Source of the DNA: an uncultured Planctomycetaceae bacterium
GTDB taxonomy: Bacteria > Planctomycetota > Planctomycetia > Planctomycetales > Planctomycetaceae
NCBI GenBank assembly: GCA_963815195.1
Contig: CAWFGE010000016.1
Location: forward strand, 32,001-96,000
DNA: 64,000 nt
Direction: 5' to 3'
The notes beneath the pieces were generated by a model. That model had not been told where the DNA came from and ran no database searches. It worked only from the letters and a program-made list of their open reading frames with translations. Made by a program: the position numbers and the translations under genes. Positions 34,128 to 45,500 of the stretch are shown here, one piece after another (position 1 is the stretch's first letter; every line of letters starts with the position of its first letter).

Positions 34128-35196
34128 TTATCTTTCTTTAATGCTGATATTGATCTGTTCCCCGCCGATGGGGGTCGACCCCAGCAGTTGCGGTCGTTCC
34201 GTGTCCAGATTGAGGCTCTGGCGGTCTCCGATGCCGCACATGGCCTTCCAGACATTGTGGTCGACATCGCAAGTCATCAGCCGGGAGCCGCCATCCACTG
34301 TGGTGACGACGGTCATGTCGCCGTGGTTGGCCCCGGCTCGCGTTGCGCACTCCAAGAGCTCGATGTCCGCTCGAAGCGGGCCACCTTCCAGTCCAGAGAA
34401 CAAAGAGGAATTGAAGGTCAAGTTCCCACTGGAATCGGACGAAGGCCGGCCGTGGAAATAGGCAAAGTCGTTGCAGGGCGTCTGGCGCGCTCCGCGACGA
34501 GCAGGGTATTGGACTCTCCATCGGGGATCCTGGCCCAACCGCGGCCACTGTCGATCTTCTGGAGTTGGCCGTTGACCACTTCATAGTTCAACTTGACCGC
34601 TCCCGCATCTCGCGTCCCGCGAAACATGGGGGCGATCAATCCGGTGAGGGCGGGGCGGTCCACGTTTCCAGCGTTCCACGCATAACCCGACTGGCCGTTA
34701 CGCCGCTCAGTGCTGGGGCATAGAAAGACTTTAATCAAGGCATTCTTGTGGGCATCCAGCGATTTCTCCTGCCACAAGTTTTCCTGGTCAAGGTGGGGAA
34801 GCAGTTTGAAGAACACGCTGGCATGCTGATCGCCGCACTTGCCGGGCTGTTTGGCGGTGGAGAATTCCCAGGGAACTCCGTAGGGATCGGTCCGGAACTC
34901 GCCCACTTTCTGCCCGTTCACCTGGTAGGGGCGCCCGCTCCGAGGAATTGCTGGTTGCAGGTTTCCTTGGCGGTTTGAAACGCCAGCGCCAGTTGCCTTT
35001 GGTTGCTGAGGCAGGCCGACCGCCGAGCGGATTCTCTTGCACTTTGCACGGCCGGCAGCAGAATGCCGGCGATGATGGTGATCACGGCGATCACCACCAG
35101 CAGTTCAATCAACGTAAAGCCTCGGCGGACCTTCGGGAGCGTCATTGCGCGGTCTCGCCGGGTCGCGCCACTTTGATGCAGCTGTTGTCGTGTCAT
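34128..35196 (-). pseudogene. DUF1559 prepilin-type protein split by two frameshifts
   Basis: [12 protein letters not shown] (34918..35196), LLPHLDQ/DGESNTLLVAE (34418..34921), and a C-terminus (34128..34538) paralogous to the neighbouring gene. Confidence 0.8.
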
Positions 35197-35377
35197 GGAT
35201 TTCTCCTTCGCAGCAAAAGCGGCCCGCGGTCAAAATGGAAAAGCCAATCGCCAGGCGCGCGGACCGGAAACCTGGAACACGGCATCGAGTAGACCGGTGA
35301 GAAGTTGCCTGACGGCGAAAACTCACCGGCGAATTGTCACTGTTGATTACTGGCAGCGATTCGCTCGCGGGTCGGCG

Positions 35378-36544
35378 TCATTTCCCAAGGAACACTGGCG
35401 GATCCGCGTTTGGATCGATGGTTTCCCGGTCGGCGACCCCGCACAGGGCCTTCCAAACGACGGGATCCACATTCAACGAAATATCGCGTGTGCTATTGTC
35501 GACAAATGTCACAATTGCGATGCGGGCGTGGTTCGAACCGGCTCGCGTGGTCGCCGTCGCTCCCAAGTCGGTTTGTGCATCCTGCCCGATAGGAGGCCCC
35601 TCCACCGTGGAGAAGAGCGTGCTGACGTTTTTCAGGTTGCCCGAGGCATCTGTTGAGGGCCAACCGTGATAGAAGGCTTGGCTGTTGTCCGGCAGCTCAG
35701 CCCGCTCCGCCAGGGCGACAGTCGTGCTTTCCCCGTCACGAATACTTGCGATCGACAGGCCCGCCTGCGCCTCGGGAAACGTGAAAACCTTCTGGCCGTC
35801 AACCTCGTCGACAAAGTAGTTCAGCTGGGCAGCGCCGTCATATCGCCGGTCGCGAGTGCGATAATAATCATCCTGACGGAAACGCAGTTCTCCGGAATCT
35901 CGAAAGTCGCGAAACCCCGCGTTCCATGCATAGCTGGAACGGCCGGGACCGAACGTCTCAGAGTTGGGGCAGTGGAAGGTTTTGATTTCGCTCTGCGCGA
36001 GAATTTGCCGGCCCAGTTCCAAAGAGTGTGTGTCGCGGACCTGGGTGTAAAGGGTTTGCTCGTCAACATAAGGCAGGATGCGATAGTAGATCCCCAACCT
36101 TCCAAAATCGTTAGGGCGACCGTTGCCAGGAATGACGCCCTCAACCGTCTCGGGGGCCCCCGTGCCGGGAAAATCGCCATATCGGTCGGCATATCCCAGG
36201 AACCCCAAAACCACTTGGCGCTGGTTGTTTCTACACTGAGCGCGTCTCCCGGCTTCTCTGGCGGCGTTGATGGCGGGAAGGAGCAAGCCCACCAATACGC
36301 CGATGATCGCAATCGTGACGAGGAGCTCGATCAGCGTGAATCCCGAAGGATGCTTCCGATTCGGCGGCTTTCCGATGAAACAATCGCGGCGGCGTCCATT
36401 TTGGACCGGAGAGCGAGTCACGGGATTCTCCCTTCGCAAGAAAACCGGTCCGCGATACAATGCCAATGCCGTGCGTCCGGGCGCGGACCTTGAGCCCGGA
36501 AGCGGCCTCGCGGCCGGTGAGGGGAGTTTGGCGACATCACTCAC
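35378..36544 (-). CDS. DUF1559 prepilin-type protein
   Basis: [37 protein letters not shown] and [11 protein letters not shown]. Start codon uncertain. Confidence 0.88.
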   Translation of the reverse strand: MSDVAKLPSPAARPLPGSRSAPGRTALALYRGPVFLRRENPVTRSPVQNGRRRDCFIGKPPNRKHPSGFTLIELLVTIAIIGVLVGLLLPAINAAREAGRRAQCRNNQRQVVLGFLGYADRYGDFPGTGAPETVEGVIPGNGRPNDFGRLGIYYRILPYVDEQTLYTQVRDTHSLELGRQILAQSEIKTFHCPNSETFGPGRSSYAWNAGFRDFRDSGELRFRQDDYYRTRDRRYDGAAQLNYFVDEVDGQKVFTFPEAQAGLSIASIRDGESTTVALAERAELPDNSQAFYHGWPSTDASGNLKNVSTLFSTVEGPPIGQDAQTDLGATATTRAGSNHARIAIVTFVDNSTRDISLNVDPVVWKALCGVADRETIDPNADPPVFLGK

Positions 36545-36690
36545 CGGCCGGTTTTCTGACTTTAAGGTTTGTTCCGTGACGAGTAGGCCTGGCGTGACTC
36601 TGAATTAAAGAACCTTCCCGACGGTGGGTTCCCGCGCCTAGTGGACCCAGAGGGTGCCCCGTTGGCGCTAACGGCTGATCCGCCGAGCGT

Positions 36691-37890
36691 CTAAGGCAGG
36701 ATCATCACCGCTGGCACCTCGTCGCCGTTTGCGTCCAAAACGCCACCCGCGATCCAGCCATCGTTATTGATGTTTCTGGCGGAAAACTTCGCCCAATTGG
36801 GAGTCAGATCCTTGAGATTGGTTGCCGATCCGCCGGGAATCACTAACACGTCCGTTTGCGATTGAAACAAGTCGGTCCGATGAGACCACGTCAGCACGGC
36901 GTTCACATCGTTGATCGCGACGGCATTTGTGTTGAGCCATGTGTAGGGAATGCCCTTGTTTCGCCCGCCCGGGAGTGTCGGCAGGTTGAGCAGGGTTCCG
37001 GAGAGGTTCATTGCGTAGGCACCGCGGCCGCCAGCCGCATCGTTGGGGTCGCCAGCCGTATCTGACCGCCCCACAACCGTTCCGAGATTGTTGACAGCGT
37101 CTGCAATGGAATTGACACTGAAGAGTTGCGTTCGCGAGCCGGGAACCTCCACGATCTGGCTGCCATCCCAGTCGAGTTCCAGCCGGCACGCCCGGTTCTC
37201 GCCCTCGCTGGTATGGATAGTGTAGGCGACATATCCCTCTCCCGGCGACAGGACGGCGGATTGCAGATCACCCAGGTCGAAAATTTGCGAGTCGAGCACG
37301 GCCGGTTCCCCATCGATAACGCCAATTTGCCACGCGATCAGGCTTGATTCCATTGCGTCGGGGGAGGAACTCCTGAGCTTTCCGACGATCAGACCGTCAT
37401 CATTGATTCCCGTGGCATAGGCATTCGTATTGTCCGGCAAGGGCAACTCCAAGGGTGCCGCGGTCGCGGAAGGCCAGAAGAGGGGGCGGGTGGAAATCAG
37501 GTCGGGAGGCTGATATTCGCCTCCCACAATCATGCCGAAACGATTGACGGCTTCGGGAACCGTTTCCCCGCCGCTCGCGAGCGGGGCGAGCATGTCGGCG
37601 AGAACTGCTCCGCTCTCATGGACCAGCCACGACACGGGCAGCGGGTAACTGCCACTCCCGTCGTAGATCAGCCCAATCACTTGCACCGTTCCATTCGCCG
37701 TCTCGGTCATGTCACGAACATAGCCGGGCGCGGAGGAAAGCGGGATCACCGTGGCCGCCGGTTCCTCTCCCGCCCCTCCGCCATGTCCACCACCGCCGGG
37801 TTTCCCTTTGGCGAGAACCACGCCCCAGCAGAGCAGGCAGGCCGAGATTGAGAGAGCGAAGATTTTTCGGCGCGTCGTTGAGAGTCGCAT
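36691..37890 (-). CDS. Secreted beta-repeat protein (HAF-like extracellular repeats)
   Basis: Signal peptide, GKPGGGG linker, and repeated units ATGINDDGLIVG / AVNNLGTVVG / NINNDGWIAG. Confidence 0.75.
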   Translation of the reverse strand: MRLSTTRRKIFALSISACLLCWGVVLAKGKPGGGGHGGGAGEEPAATVIPLSSAPGYVRDMTETANGTVQVIGLIYDGSGSYPLPVSWLVHESGAVLADMLAPLASGGETVPEAVNRFGMIVGGEYQPPDLISTRPLFWPSATAAPLELPLPDNTNAYATGINDDGLIVGKLRSSSPDAMESSLIAWQIGVIDGEPAVLDSQIFDLGDLQSAVLSPGEGYVAYTIHTSEGENRACRLELDWDGSQIVEVPGSRTQLFSVNSIADAVNNLGTVVGRSDTAGDPNDAAGGRGAYAMNLSGTLLNLPTLPGGRNKGIPYTWLNTNAVAINDVNAVLTWSHRTDLFQSQTDVLVIPGGSATNLKDLTPNWAKFSARNINNDGWIAGGVLDANGDEVPAVMILP

Positions 37891-38041
37891 CGGTCTATCC
37901 TTCTGTTCGGCGCGGTCCGCGTTATAATGAAAAATGCCGTCCGCTCGGGGCGCGGACCGTGTCCCGGCGGTTGGCTTCCTGCGCTCGGTGAGAGGTTAGT
38001 TGGCGCTGACGCTCACCGGGCGTTTTTGTTAGCAGATCAAT

Positions 38042-40831
38042 TCAGTCTTCTGCTTTGCGCAACTGCTCGTCGCGAAGCAATTCCCTCGTTTCCTGCTGCC
38101 AAGCTTTGTACGCTTTCGTTTCTTTCCAACGCTGATAGGGCTTTCCAGGTCCCACCAAATCAATATTGGCTCCCAAGTCACGACCATTCGGCCCTGCCTG
38201 ATAACCAGCGCTATCGGCACGCAGGCGAAAATCCTGGGGGACAAGTTGCAATGGTTGTTCACCCAAACGGGATTGGATGTCGCCGCCGATCAAACCGAAC
38301 GGTGCCCGATGCCAGATTGGATTTCTCGAGTCCCGAGGCCGCCTTCCAAACCGCAAGGTCTGGATACACTTCTAAGGTTTCCTGAGGCGCGTCCCGCAAT
38401 ATCGCCGCAAACGACCTGTATCTGCAGAAGACACTCTCCCGTTCCTGCCACTCGAATTGTCGCTCGAACCATTTTTGGAAATTCGGGGGATCCCAGTCCA
38501 ATTTGAGCGGACGAGGGTCGGTAAAGCTCAAGAAACCCTCACTCGTGTCATACACATTTCCCGACGCCTGGACACGAAATTGACGGCGGCCCTTTGAGGA
38601 GGTGGGTTCGCCATTCCGGGGCCAGAGACGCCAGCAAACCGCTGGAGTACAAAAAGTATTGTTGGTCAATTTGAGAACGGCTTGCTGTCCATCAAACACC
38701 CCCAAATCGATGGTCGTGAGCACACAATTATTCAGGGAGATTTCGAATGGCTGATTGCCCCAGTGCCCAATTCCTACAGCCGGTGGCACGGCAATGCAGG
38801 AATTCACGACGGAGAGGTCGTTCCAGTGAACTTAATGCGGCATAGGGTTTATTCATCAGGAACTGACAGTTCGCAATTCGTAAAGGAGCCCAGGATTTAA
38901 TGCAGGCTCCAACGTTCTCTGAGTTGATTTCGTCCGCTTTCAGCACACATTGAAACCGCAGACCTTCCAGAACGAGTGGCTTCCAATGCCTCACCAGCGA
39001 TTCCGTTTTCCCATTGACCTGGTCCAGGGAGGCGACAAGGGTCGGCGAATACCCCTCTTTGGCACGAATCGTGAGCGGTTGCGTGATCGAAAGATCTTCG
39101 ATTTCGAAACGGGCCATCCCCGCGAATCTCAATGATGTCTCCACTGGTGGCCCCCTTGATGGCGTCCTGCAGGCGATCGAACTTCTGAATTTCAACCCCC
39201 CGGCTGTTGATAACGACAAACGCCTCCTTTCCCGATTTCCCTGAAGTTGCCGTTGCCCCCAACACCTTGTCTTCGACTTCGTGAGTGACTCGCACCACCT
39301 CGCGATTCCCGCGGGTAATCGTCACAATTCGCTGCTTCAAGGGTTTTCCATCTTTGGTGGCTTCGAATTGATACGGCCCCGGGCGAAGTTTCAATTCTTG
39401 AATCCCGGCACCAGAAATCGAGAGTTCTTCACCATCCAGCGAAACTTGAACCGTCGGGTCATCGACTTCGATGACGAGTGTGCCTTCACCGGTCACAATC
39501 TTAATCACCGTGCTGGAGAGTTGCGTGACGCCGGTGGCTTCGGTAACGCCGAACAATAAGCCAATCGCCAGCAGCGTTATCGCCGGAACGAGCCAAACCG
39601 GGCGGCGGGATGAGGGCTGGGAAGGGGGTGTCGCCGGTTGTGGCTTCTTGTGAGGAACCACGATTCCGGTCATCGAATTCGGACCGGCTTCGTTTAACCG
39701 AGCGAGACATTTCGCCAGCAATTCCGAAACCTCCTGGGCCGACTGATAGCGATCCTCGGGTTTCTTTTGCAGCAAAGAATCAATCACATGGACCAGCCAA
39801 ACCGGGATGTCCGGGTTGATCTCCCGAATCGGGCGGGGTGTGTCGTCGCAGACCCGACGCAGGGCTGCCACGGCCGAATCCGCCCGAAAGGGGCTCCGAC
39901 CGGTACACATCGCATAGAGCACGCTCCCCAGACTGAACAGGTCCGAGCGAGGATCGACGGCATGCCCTTGGGCTTGCTCGGGAGACATGTATTGCGGCGT
40001 GCCCGTGACCTCGCCGGTCCGAGTGATGCCCACGTCATCCACTGCTCTCGCGAGACCAAAATCTGTAATCTTCACCCGCTGCACCCCATTCTGCAGCAGA
40101 ATGTTCGACGGCTTCACATCCCGGTGAATCAGGCCCTGCAGATGGGCGGCGGAGAGGCCGGCGGCGACTTGATGACCGATGCGGAGGATTTCTTTCAATT
40201 CCAGCGGACCATCTCGGTCGATTTTTTCTTGGAGCGACAGGCCATCGACGTACTCCATGACCAGATAAGGAAGATTGTTTTTTCCTTGAGTACCGCACTC
40301 CTCAACAGCATGGATGGTTACGACATGATCATGGCTCACGGCGCCAGCGGCCTGCGCTTCTTTGGAGAATCTCGTACGGGCGGTCGCATTCGAGGCCAAT
40401 TCCGGTGCCAAAATCTTGACCGCGACAATGCGATTCAGCTTGGTATCATGCCCCTTGAGGACAATCCCCATCCCGCCGCGACCGACCGATTCCAAAATCT
40501 CATACTGGCCGAGGCGCCCCTGAGAGCCTTCTTTTTCTGACGTGTCCAGTAAACCAAGCGGAATCTCGGGCTTTTCCAAAAACGTCTTGCAATCCTCGGC
40601 ATTCGGATCAGTGTTGGTGCCGGCGAAAACCTGCGTTGGTACGTCCCCCAACGCAGGATGTTCCAAAAAACTGCCCGCCTGCTCGTAAGCAAGCAGGAGA
40701 CCTTCGACCTCGGTCCTCAAATCCAGATCAGGACCACATTCCGCGTCGAGCAATCGGACCCGCTCTTCTGGACTTTCTAATTCGATGAGGCGGTCGAAAA
40801 GGGCTTTGGCAGAATCTTCGCAGGGATTCAT
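38042..40831 (-). CDS. Hanks-type Ser/Thr protein kinase with transmembrane segment and large C-terminal domain; three frameshifts
   Basis: GRGGMG, VAVK, HRDVKPSN, DFGLAR, GTPQYMSPE. The C-terminus continues through ORFs 38728..39219, 38259..38807 and 38042..38356. Confidence 0.85.
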
Positions 40832-40923
40832 GATCGGTTCCTTTAGTTCGAAAAGCTTCCTCCTATCTGTGCGACGTTTTGTGGCAATTCGTGCATCGAA
40901 AAATGAGAGAAATTCCCAAATTT

Positions 40924-41475
40924 CTAAGAATTCAGTTCCCGATACAGCCAAGCCTTTGCGTAAGCCCAGTGATTGTTTACAGTTCGGACGGACACCTCCA
41001 ACGTGTCCGCGACTTGTTCGATGGTGAGTCCGACAAAGAATCGCAGCTTGACCACCTCAAAAACGTCAGGTTGCTTGTCGGCAAGCCGATTAAGGGCATC
41101 ATCGAGGGCCAAGAAATCGACCGGCTGGTTTTTGTCGTACATATCCAAATTGTCGACCGAAATCCGCCGATGGTCGCCGCCATGCTTTTGTCGCCCTTTT
41201 TTTCGGGCTTGTTCGATGAGAATTCGCCGCATCGCCTCTGCGGCGGCGGCGAAGAAATGCCGTCGGGAGTTCCAACTTTTTGACTCACCGTCAACCAGCC
41301 GGACGTACGCTTCGTGCACCAAGCCCGTTGCTTGAAGAGTGTGTCCCGGCTTCTCAAGTTCGAGACGGTTGGCAGCGAGTTTGCGCAATTCATCATAAAC
41401 CAGCGGCAGAAGGTGCTCTGCCGCACTGGGGTCGCCTTGTTCGATTTCGGAAAGAATTCGCGTGACTTCGCTCAT
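40924..41475 (-). CDS. ECF sigma factor, TIGR02999 family
   Basis: MSEVTRILSEIEQGDPSAAEHLLPLVYDELRKLA, TLQATGLVHEAY, AAAEAMRRILI, WAYAKAWL. Confidence 0.93.
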   Translation of the reverse strand: MSEVTRILSEIEQGDPSAAEHLLPLVYDELRKLAANRLELEKPGHTLQATGLVHEAYVRLVDGESKSWNSRRHFFAAAAEAMRRILIEQARKKGRQKHGGDHRRISVDNLDMYDKNQPVDFLALDDALNRLADKQPDVFEVVKLRFFVGLTIEQVADTLEVSVRTVNNHWAYAKAWLYRELNS

Positions 41476-41544
41476 TCTGACTAGGATACCGCTCGAAGGA
41501 CTGGGAATCCATATGTTCGCATTTTGGTGCATCGGTCTGCTCGA

Positions 41545-41922
41545 CGCCTGCTCCCAGCCTCCTGTTAGAGTTCCCCAAGCTCTTTTTTGAGCGGACGTTC
41601 GCCTCCATCAACTCGGCGATCACCTCGTTCTTGTCGGCGATCTTGGCTTCGAGCTGTTCGATGCGGCGGTCCTTGACCTTGGCGGTCCGCGCACGTCCGT
41701 CCTGATGAGATTTCTCGAATGCGCGTTCCGCTTGGGCCAGAACCAGATTCACCCACGTGTGAATCTGGCTCGGTTGCACGCCGAGCTCCTCAGCCAGTTT
41801 GGAACAGGTTCCTTCCCCGACAGTCGCCGCCTGACAACCTCGGCTTTCTGCTCGGGCGTAAAATGACGTCGTTTGCTGTGGCTCATGGGTCGGTGCTCTC
41901 ATAAAGATAGACTAACCCAACC
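41545..41922 (-). mobile_element. IS3-family remnant: left-end region, frameshifted orfA, first codons of orfB
   Basis: ATG at 41886 gives MSHSKRRHFTPEQKAEVVRR...LAEELGVQPSQIHTW. An AAAAAAG slippery motif precedes KKELGEL*. Confidence 0.75.
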
Positions 41923-42310
41923 CCTCCCCGTACAGAACCCTCTTCATAACCGCTCCAAAGAGAGCGCGGAGAGAGTCCAAAGAGATTCTTCTGTAAGAAT
42001 TACATGGTTGGCACTTACGGCGATCGGCGAATTCTCTTTGTCCACAGAGAGCGCCGTCTTCCATCCAAAGAGAACCGCCGAAATGTTGCGGAAAAGACCC
42101 GAGCGGTTAGCAGCCAAAGAGAGCGCGAGAGCGCCGCTGACCCCGAAATCAACGCCCGCCGATGGCAAACTGCGCTGACTTTTCGGCGGCCGTGAATCGT
42201 TTTTCCAGCCATCCCCGAAATCGCCACGCGGTTCGGTTTCGGCTGGAGTTTGAGCGGGGTAAAAAAACCTCGTCATCCCTGAAAATACAGCATCCTCAGA
42301 CATATCACCG

Positions 42311-42577
42311 ATGGCACGCATTTTCCACCCACTGCTCGTCATGCCGGCCGGCTGCACGGAAAAAGCGTTGGCCCGCCAAGTCCAATACCTGAAAGAAGAC
42401 AACAAGATTCTCCGAGCCAAGCTGCCCCGCCGAGTCACGGTCACGCCGGCGGAACGACGGAGCCTACTGAAGTTCGGGAAGCCAGTCGGAAAGGCGACCA
42501 AGGAACTGATCACGATCGTCACGCCGCGGACGTTCCTTTCGAGTGAACAATTGGTTCCCCTTAATGCTTGCAAATAA
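42311..42577 (+). pseudogene. N-terminal fragment of an integrase-core transposase
   Basis: LARQVQYLKEDNKILRAKLPRRVTVTPAERRSLLKFG...ITIVTPRTF, then truncated. Confidence 0.7.
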
Positions 42578-42587
42578 CCGAATTGGG

Positions 42588-45500
42588 TCAAAGTTCATTC
42601 ATGATCCATTCCAGATCGTTGGCAAAAACCTCATCCTGCAGATCCGTCGCCTTATCGATTTGGAGGTCGAGGAAGAACCAATCGTCGCCGGCTGATCCGG
42701 TCAAAATGTCGACATCCTCGTCGGCATCCTTAACGGTGGAATTCAAAATCAACGTGGGACTCAGATTCTCGATCCGGGTAAGAAGATCCCCGTCCGAAGT
42801 CCACTCGTTCATAATGTCTCGCAGAGACCGCTCTTGATTGGCAAAGTTGAGCCAACCAGCGATCAGTATGTCATCACCAGAATTGCCAATGATCCGATCC
42901 GATCCCTGACCGCCGACTAGCAAGTCGCGCCCACTGCCGCCGAGGAGCAGGTCATCCCCGTCCTCGCCGAGCAATACATCCTGTCCGGCCCCGCCCCTGA
43001 GGCGGTCGTTACCCTTCCCCCCATACAACCAAGACGAGTTGGCGATGCTACCGGAGATCTGGATGTTGTCATCATCAGCTTGACCAAAGACAACGATGCG
43101 TCCCGTCGGAGCGAACGTCCCTTCGGCGGTCCCGTTGATCGTCACATCCACGTCTCCGGTGTCACGACCCGGAGTAACCTGAATATGATCGGCACCGGTG
43201 GTCCCGCCAATATAGAGCGCGGATTGGCCATCGTGGCAAGTGTCCGGGAGCAGCGCGGCATCGGCGACAACAACTTGGAACGTTTCGGTGGTCGTGCCGC
43301 CGCTATCGTCTGTTACACTCACCGCAATTGCGAACGTGCCCGATGCCACAAAGATGTGATTGCCCGAAATCGTTCCCATTCCGGCTGCCTGTGACAACGA
43401 CAACGCTTCTGTTCCGGAGCCGTCACCCCAGTCGACCGTCGCTGAGTGAGTATCCAACGTCCCTACGTCAATAAAGGCTCCGGAGAACAGCAGTGTCTGT
43501 CCTCGCACGCCACCAACATTCGGCTCAGCGACGGGCGAGCCAAACGTGACATTATCAAAACTGACATTGGCGGGGGCCAGGTTGTTGACCGTCAGCGAGG
43601 CTTCCGCGCTGGTTACGCTCGCCCCATCATCATCGGTCAGCGTGGCTTTGATCTTGTAGATGTCGGATAGTGTGGCGGTCGGGTTGTCGTTCAGGTATTG
43701 GTGAGTCGCCGTGAATGTGCCGCTGCCCGCGGTTTCCGTCACGACGGCGGCCGACGAAGCTTCCCACGTGCCCCAGTCGATCAGCACCGTGTGCGTATCC
43801 GCCGTGCCCACATCACTGAAGGAACCGGTGACGGTCACGGAACCGTCTTCATTGATCGTCGCCGAACTCAATGTCAGGGTCGAAACCTTTGGGGCGACGT
43901 TGTTGACGGTCAATGTCGTCGTGGCGATGTCGCTCTCGCCGTCAGAATCTGTGACGCGCAGCGCGATTGTGCGTGCGGCGAAGTTGTCGGCGAAACTGAC
44001 CGTCGGCGTTTCACCGGTCGCGTCGATGTCGAACGTCGTCCCGTCGTAGTGGAGGTCCCACTCGAAGGTCAGGCTGGAATTCAATTCATCGGCGTCGAAG
44101 GAACCGGAGCCGTCCAATGCCAAAGGAGTCCCTTCATTAACGACGTAGGGCCCGCCAGCGTTGGCAACCGGCGGCTGATGGTCCAACGCCCCTGCGTATT
44201 CTAGAAGCAACTCGACGACGGTGTTCTCAGGATCATTGCTGCGAATTCGCAATCGTCCGCTCGCCGGAGATCGCGGATCAACGGGTCGAACGGTAAACGG
44301 GAGAGACGCCAACCCGGGCAGGATGCCGAGCGATTTGTCAGGAGCGCCGACGACGATGAACTCGCCCTCCAGCACCTCGACAGCCGGTACAAACAACGTC
44401 GTTGCCCCGAGGTTTTCGATGGCCAGCGTCGCTGACGGCCCGCCGCCTCCAAGCGGTGGAATGGTGAGCACTCCGTCCTCAATCGCGTCCGAGGGACTGG
44501 AAATCGAGAACTGCGGCTGCGCGAAGAGAAACTGCTGGTTGTCCAAGGCGACGGCGACAACTTCGCCGGTCCCCGTGTAGTTGGAGATCAACCGATGCTC
44601 CACCGCATAGTCCTTGAACGCGTCCAGTTGCTGCTCTGGCTGACCCTCGATTCGCGTCCATCCACTCGAATAGCCGAGTGGATTGTCCGAATCGGACAGC
44701 GAAAGCGTCGCCAGGTCGACACGGTTGACAAGGAATTCCGAACCGATGAGGTATGTTTCCAGAAAATGCTGGTTCGGTGTTAGCGTCTGGTGACTGGACA
44801 GCACTTTCGCATCGTAGCCCACCGTACTGACTGTCCCTTCGATTGGCGCGGAGAATCGCAGAGAGGCCCCGTCGTCGCTGCCAGCAGATGTTCCGAGCAG
44901 GGCAAACCGACTGCCGGAGGTGGCGCGCACATCACCGAATTCCGTTTCAAGCGTCGCTTGGCGGGAGTTCTCAATGGCCGATTGACTTTCGAAGTCCGGA
45001 CCGTTCCGCTGCACCTTGAAGTCGAACAACGTCACGGGTGCGGTGGGAACGCCAAAATCGGGATTGTCAAACTCGAACTTGGCGGCACTGGTTTCGAGGA
45101 CAAAAAGTTCGATGTCGAGGTCGACATCGACGTCGAGCGTCGCATAACCTTCCAAAGATGCGACCACGGGATTGAGGGCTGCCCCGGCGAATCGCACTGT
45201 GAACTCGGTATCAATCCTCGCTTCGACACGGGCGTTGCCCTGGATTTCAAACACGTCAACGTCTGCGATGCCCAAAAGTCCGACACTCACACCGGCCAAA
45301 AGTCCGAACTGGGCGTTCGCACGAGCCTTTGCGCCGACCGTGAAAAACGTACCCGAGGTGTTATCGCCCACTGGAACCAGCATCGGGTCGCCGGTCAGAT
45401 TGATCTCCACGCCGGCGACAGCATAGAGCTTGTCCACGAAACCGGCCAGAGATCCGTTTATGCCGAACTTTCCTTCGACTGTCACTCCCGGCAAGGCTGA

